Origin: Octopus bimaculoides
Lineage: Eukaryota
Length of the DNA: 64,000 bases
Direction of reading: 5' to 3'
Assembly: GCF_001194135.2 (NCBI RefSeq)
Contig: NC_068995.1
Coordinates: forward strand, 35,625,663-35,689,662
Made by a program: the position numbers and the translations under genes. Shown here piece by piece: positions 59,722 to 64,000 of the stretch. The notes below the pieces were generated by a model. The model made no database searches. It was given only the letters and a program-made list of their open reading frames with translations, and was not told the DNA's origin. Every line of letters begins with the position of its first letter. Positions within the stretch are counted from its first letter, which is position 1.

Positions 59722-61042
59722 TGCAGGGTTTCGGGATAAATTTGAGAGTCTGAATGAAAGAAGAAAATATACTATCCCTTCCAAAAATAACTTTTTTTTT
59801 AATCAAAATATATCAACTAGATTGTGGCTGAGAGATAATAGTTTTCTCAAAGTAGCCGCTCTCAACTTCCACCACGGCTTCACTGTATCTTTCTGAAGAT
59901 CTTCTTCGAATGCTTCCTTGATTTTGCTCACCTGCTCAGCCTTAGTGCTGCTGGCAGGGTGGTTGGTGTCTTTCTCAACCACGCTCCACCTATAGTGTGA
60001 TCCATAGGATCACAATCGTGGAAATTAGGAAACCAGAGATTGTGGTTGGTGAAGTTGTAGAAATTCTCCGACTGCAATTTCCGAGTCTATCCGGAGGACC
60101 AGTAAGGATGCGAATCCTGCTGCCACACATATGACCTTCGGGCGAGCTGGCAGACAGCGGCGAGCTGGCAGAAACGTTAGCACACCGGGCGAAATGCTTA
60201 GCGGTATTTCGTCTGCCGCTACGTTCTGAGTTCAAATTCCGCCGAGGTCGACTTTGCCTTTCATCCTTTCGGGGTCGATAAATTAAGTACCAGTTACGCA
60301 CTAGGGTCGATATAATCGACTTAATCCGTTTGTCTGTCCTTGTTTGTCCCCTCTGTGTGTAGCCCCTTGTGGGCAGTAAAGAAATAGGTATTTCGTCTAC
60401 CGCTACGTTCTGAGTTCAAATTCCGCCGAGGTCGACTTCGCCTTTCATCCTTTCGGGGTCGATTAAATAAGTACCAGTTACCCACTGGGGTCGATATAAT
60501 CGACTTAATCCGTGTTTGTCTGTCCTTGTTTGTCCCGTCTGTGTGTAGCCCCTTGTGGGTCGTAAAGAAATAACACATATGACCTTCCAACAACAACCCC
60601 CAAATCCTGGCTAGCCAGGATTTGACCACAATCTCCAACAGCTTACCACATAACCATCTAAATTGAACCCAGGCCCCAGTTCAAAGATGTGGGGGTGAAT
60701 TCCGGCGTGTAGGCGTAGTCAGAACACCTGTTGTGTCCCTTCCTACTTGTCATGGTCTTGTAGCTGTTCATGTCGCGTTAGCCTTTATCAGTGTTCGCAG
60801 AGCATCGAGCTACAGTTACGATGTCGGCATTTTGATAACCGGCGCGAATCTCATGATACAAGTAACACTTTTCCAATATCCAGATGGCTTCCAGTTCTCC
60901 ATGTCAGCTAACTTTTTCTCATTTACAACTTTCATTTTTATGCTCTCCGAAACCGTTGACTATTCATGAATACACCAAGCTGTTTCAGAAAAAAAAAAGA
61001 AGACATAAAAAAAATGATCAAATTTAGCCCGAATACCCTGTA
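59722..61042 (-). mobile_element. Internally deleted maT/DD37D-like Tc1/mariner element
   Basis: TIRs cagggtttcgggataaatttga (59724) and tcaaatttagcccgaataccctg (61018-61040); minus-strand remnants PHIFE.G..NLDGY..LLE.VVKSWL, YVWQQDS, ENFYNF..LW.PN..DC.PMD and VVEVESGYFE. Confidence 0.88.
60140..60572 (+). mobile_element. Dimeric SINE family A inside one 15-bp TSD
   Basis: TSD acacatatgaccttc at 60125-60139 and 60573-60587. Unit 1 is 60140-60386; headless unit 2 is 60387-60572. Confidence 0.92.
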
Positions 61043-61309
61043 CACATATATTTTGATGCTGTCAATTGGTTTAACTATTCCATATAAATACTTGAAAATC
61101 ATTGATGTAAATGGCAATTGACATGAAGTAGGGATATGTCTGAACGGTGATCGTCCTTTAAAGATAAATTAATCAGCCACATAACAGATCAGAGCAATGT
61201 TTAATTTTGTGTTTGTGAAGAGATTATGATATGTATTCACTTTTGTTTATTTCCCAGACCATAAGCGTTACGAACCAAACTGTAGTGAAACTACTTTCAT
61301 TTTATCTTA

Positions 61310-61975
61310 GGGGTGGGGGGGAGAGGAGGGAAAGAGGAGGGGAAGAGGAGGGGAAGAGGGGGAAGAGGAGAGGAAGAGGAGGGGAAGCGGAGGGGAAGNN
61401 NNNNNNNNNNNNNNNNNNNNNNNNNNNNNNNNNNNNNNNNNNNNNNNNNNNNNNNNNNNNNNNNNNNNNNNNNNNNNNNNNNNNNNNNNNNNNNNNNNNN
61501 NNNNNNNNNNNNNNNNNNNNNNNNNNNNNNNNNNNNNNNNNNNNNNNNNNNNNNNNNNNNNNNNNNNNNNNNNNNNNNNNNNNNNNNNNNNNNNNNNNNN
61601 NNNNNNNNNNNNNNNNNNNNNNNNNNNNNNNNNNNNNNNNNNNNNNNNNNNNNNNNNNNNNNNNNNNNNNNNNNNNNNNNNNNNNNNNNNAAGGGATGGG
61701 GAGGGGAGGAGGGGAGGGTGATGATGATGATGATGATGATGATGGTGATGAGGAGGAGGAGGAGGAGGGGAGGAGACGGAAAAGAAGGAGAAAGAAGAGG
61801 ATGAGATGAGGGAAGGGGCAGAGGAGAAAGAAGAGAGGAAAAGGAGGGGAGGAGGAGGTGAGGAAGAAGAGAATGTGAAAAAAGTGGAGGTAAACAACAG
61901 CAAAAACAGTAAGAGGAGGGGAAGAGGGAAAAAGAAGAACAACAATAAGAACGACAGGAGGAGGAGGAGGAGATC
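61310..61975 (+). repeat. Purine-rich low-complexity tract (GGA/GAG/GAT) spanning a gap
   Basis: Seen directly. Confidence 0.9.
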
Positions 61976-62115
61976 ATCCACATGATCATGATAATAAAAT
62001 TGCTAGAATGATGCGTTAATGACTCTGTTTATGAATTCTTAATCTGCTGTTCATCAATGTATCCATTAAATGTCAACCAAATACTGGAGACGTTTATTTT
62101 CTCTTATTCTCTCTT

Positions 62116-62157
<42 letters not shown>

Positions 62158-62624
62158 CCTCTCTCCCTCTGTGTTCTCAGAACCGGGTACACTACACAGT
62201 AAGAGAGCTGTCTGGAACCTTTAGACAGTGCCCTTTCCCCACAAGAAATGGGAAGTGGGAAGCATTGAGCTAGGGCCTAATAAACTTCTCATTTTTCATG
62301 CTACGAAAAGAAACATCGTAACTATGGATGAAACGATTTACTATATCCATCACGGAACATTTAAAAAACAAGCAAACATCCCCACCCACCTCTCTATTCA
62401 GAACAAAGGAGAAATAATATAGTGACAAATGACAGCAATATTTACATTGCAACACCGGAAGCCGATCGTAAATCAAAACTTACTCTCTAATGCAGCCATA
62501 GAATTGATGTTTCGACGCTTCAATGTGTTGACAGGTTTATTTGGTTAAGACTATGTTTGGATCTAGAGAGCGATCAAACACATTTTCCATCGCGCTGGAC
62601 CATTGATTATTGGAGGCTAATGGA

Positions 62625-62800
62625 TCAGTTGGGACAATAATCGATGATAATGCTGATGGTGGTAGTGGTGATGACGGTAATGGTGATAGAGGTGGCGATG
62701 ACGGTGGTGATGGTGATGTGGTGGTAGTGGTAGTGGTGAAGGTGATGGTGATGGCGGTGGTCATTGTGCTGATGTTAGTGAGATCGGTGATGACCGTGGC
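62625..62800 (+). repeat. Degenerate (GAT/GGT)n tract
   Basis: Seen directly. Confidence 0.8.
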
Positions 62801-63179
62801 AGCAGAAATGGTCTACAAATATTGGGAAACGGATGTGATATTAAGTAAAAGTTAACAACTTAATGCACGAGACACATCGTTTTCTTCCTTTAGCATTATA
62901 ATTAATTTCAGATTTAATATTGTCTGTCATTTTATTGTTGGAATGGGTGCAGCAGATGATAAAACGACTTAGCAGTCCGGTTTCGATTCACTTTGCAATT
63001 ACAGTCGTATATTTTGTCCACTCGTATGCAATAAAAGAGTTGTAGAAATGAGTGAAGTGTATAACAGTAGGTATTTTCGTTTCCAATCATTATTTACATA
63101 TATTTAAACACCACCAGGAAGGAACAGTAAGTGTTATGGACGCTCCTCCTCTTCCTCCTTTGATTAACTAACAAATAAT

Positions 63180-63900
63180 CAACGTCCTTCAATTACTTCT
63201 TGTGAAAAAGTTGAACTGAGACAGAAGTGCTGTTCTTGGCGTAATCATCGAGGAAGAAATGGTACAACATTTTACATTTCCTTGAAGAATTGAGCAATTA
63301 GAAGGCACAGTGTTGAGAACAAAATTTGATAAATTGTTCCTCATTGAGTGAATACACATTTTCTTGCCATACCAAAGTACACACATTAATGCATACATAT
63401 GTAGTGGTTTCATGCAGACATGGTGTGGATTCGATCTTCGATTGCCAAATTTCACTTAACAGTCTAACAGTACTTTTCTCACGGCAAAACAATAGTTTTT
63501 TTTTTTTTTGTGAGTAACAGCAGTTACATTTACCAGATGCCTTCGCTAAGTAGAATAATGTCTTTGCCACTTGACCCTTCTAACCTCTTCTATTTCACCA
63601 AAAACTAGAATAGAGATAACAGACCCCTAACGAAATGTATTGTTATTAACAATATGCCTATCCTTCTGGCTGGTTTTGCATAGTTATAAATACTAGAATT
63701 TGGTAAGACAAAATCATTTAGTGAACAGAGACCAACTAGAGTCATGGTTACAAGCAGGCTGCCACTAATGACAAACGGCCAGAGGGAGAAAGAAGGTTAC
63801 AATCAGCCAACTATGAGACACAATTTCCCTCGACTCTATAACTTTCACTAGCTCACATTCTTTTCTCTTACAACATCATTCTATGACTATCTATGGTTTT
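63180..63900 (+). pseudogene. Possible decayed Penelope-like RT relic
   Basis: RHGVDSIFDCQISLNSL..FFCE*QQLHLPDAF..NNVFAT..QYAYPSGW faintly follows the order RYVDD..FL..LNS..FT.E..LPFLD..F.T..NGYP. Confidence 0.3.
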
Positions 63901-64000
63901 ATAACTACAATAAGAACGTGTACACACATACAGGCCGAAATTAACTTTCTTAACCGCGCATGCCCTTTCAATTATATCACACCTACCCGTCGAGGCATGG

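Noticed and set aside
60203-60572. Direct repeats reminiscent of a CRISPR or satellite array
   Set aside because: Two ~185-bp SINE bodies in eukaryotic DNA; there are no short repeats with unique spacers.
63118-63132. Possible 9-nt plus-strand microexon (cag|gaaggaaca|gtaagt)
   Set aside because: It lacks a polypyrimidine tract and lies beside a probable retroelement relic; likely chance.
1-64000. RNA-guided nuclease (Fanzor/TnpB) or other intact transposon-encoded system
   Set aside because: No RuvC-like or other intact long ORF is present; all transposase and RT sequences are broken.

Overview
AT-rich animal nuclear DNA from a gappy short-read assembly. There are 14 N-runs totalling about 6 kb, and most abut a microsatellite. 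The SINE and microsatellite content looks like a coleoid cephalopod, most likely Octopus; this is inferred from recalled repeat families, not from a search. I find no intact protein-coding gene, rRNA or CRISPR array, so the window reads as intronic or intergenic. It is dominated by: (i) about 45 copies or fragments of tRNA-headed SINEs in at least five modular families (my labels A-E plus M), several with clear target-site duplications (TSDs); (ii) about 12 dead Tc1/mariner-superfamily relics and MITEs; (iii) two R4/Dong-clade RLE-type LINE relics, each starting directly after a (TAA)n tract; (iv) probable Helitron-type, LTR-type and Penelope-like relics; and (v) many simple and compound microsatellites. 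Nearly all long ORFs in the supplied track are artefacts of N-runs or microsatellites. The most interesting observations are: TAA-targeted LINEs whose downstream flank is (GAA)n; a seven-unit perfect heat-shock-element array beside a TATA box; a dimeric SINE inside one 15-bp TSD nested in a maT-like transposon; a mariner built from two left ends; a tRNA-like gene bracketed by a 29-bp direct repeat; and a few candidate host exons, including a possible 9-nt microexon. I did not find a convincing new multi-gene system.
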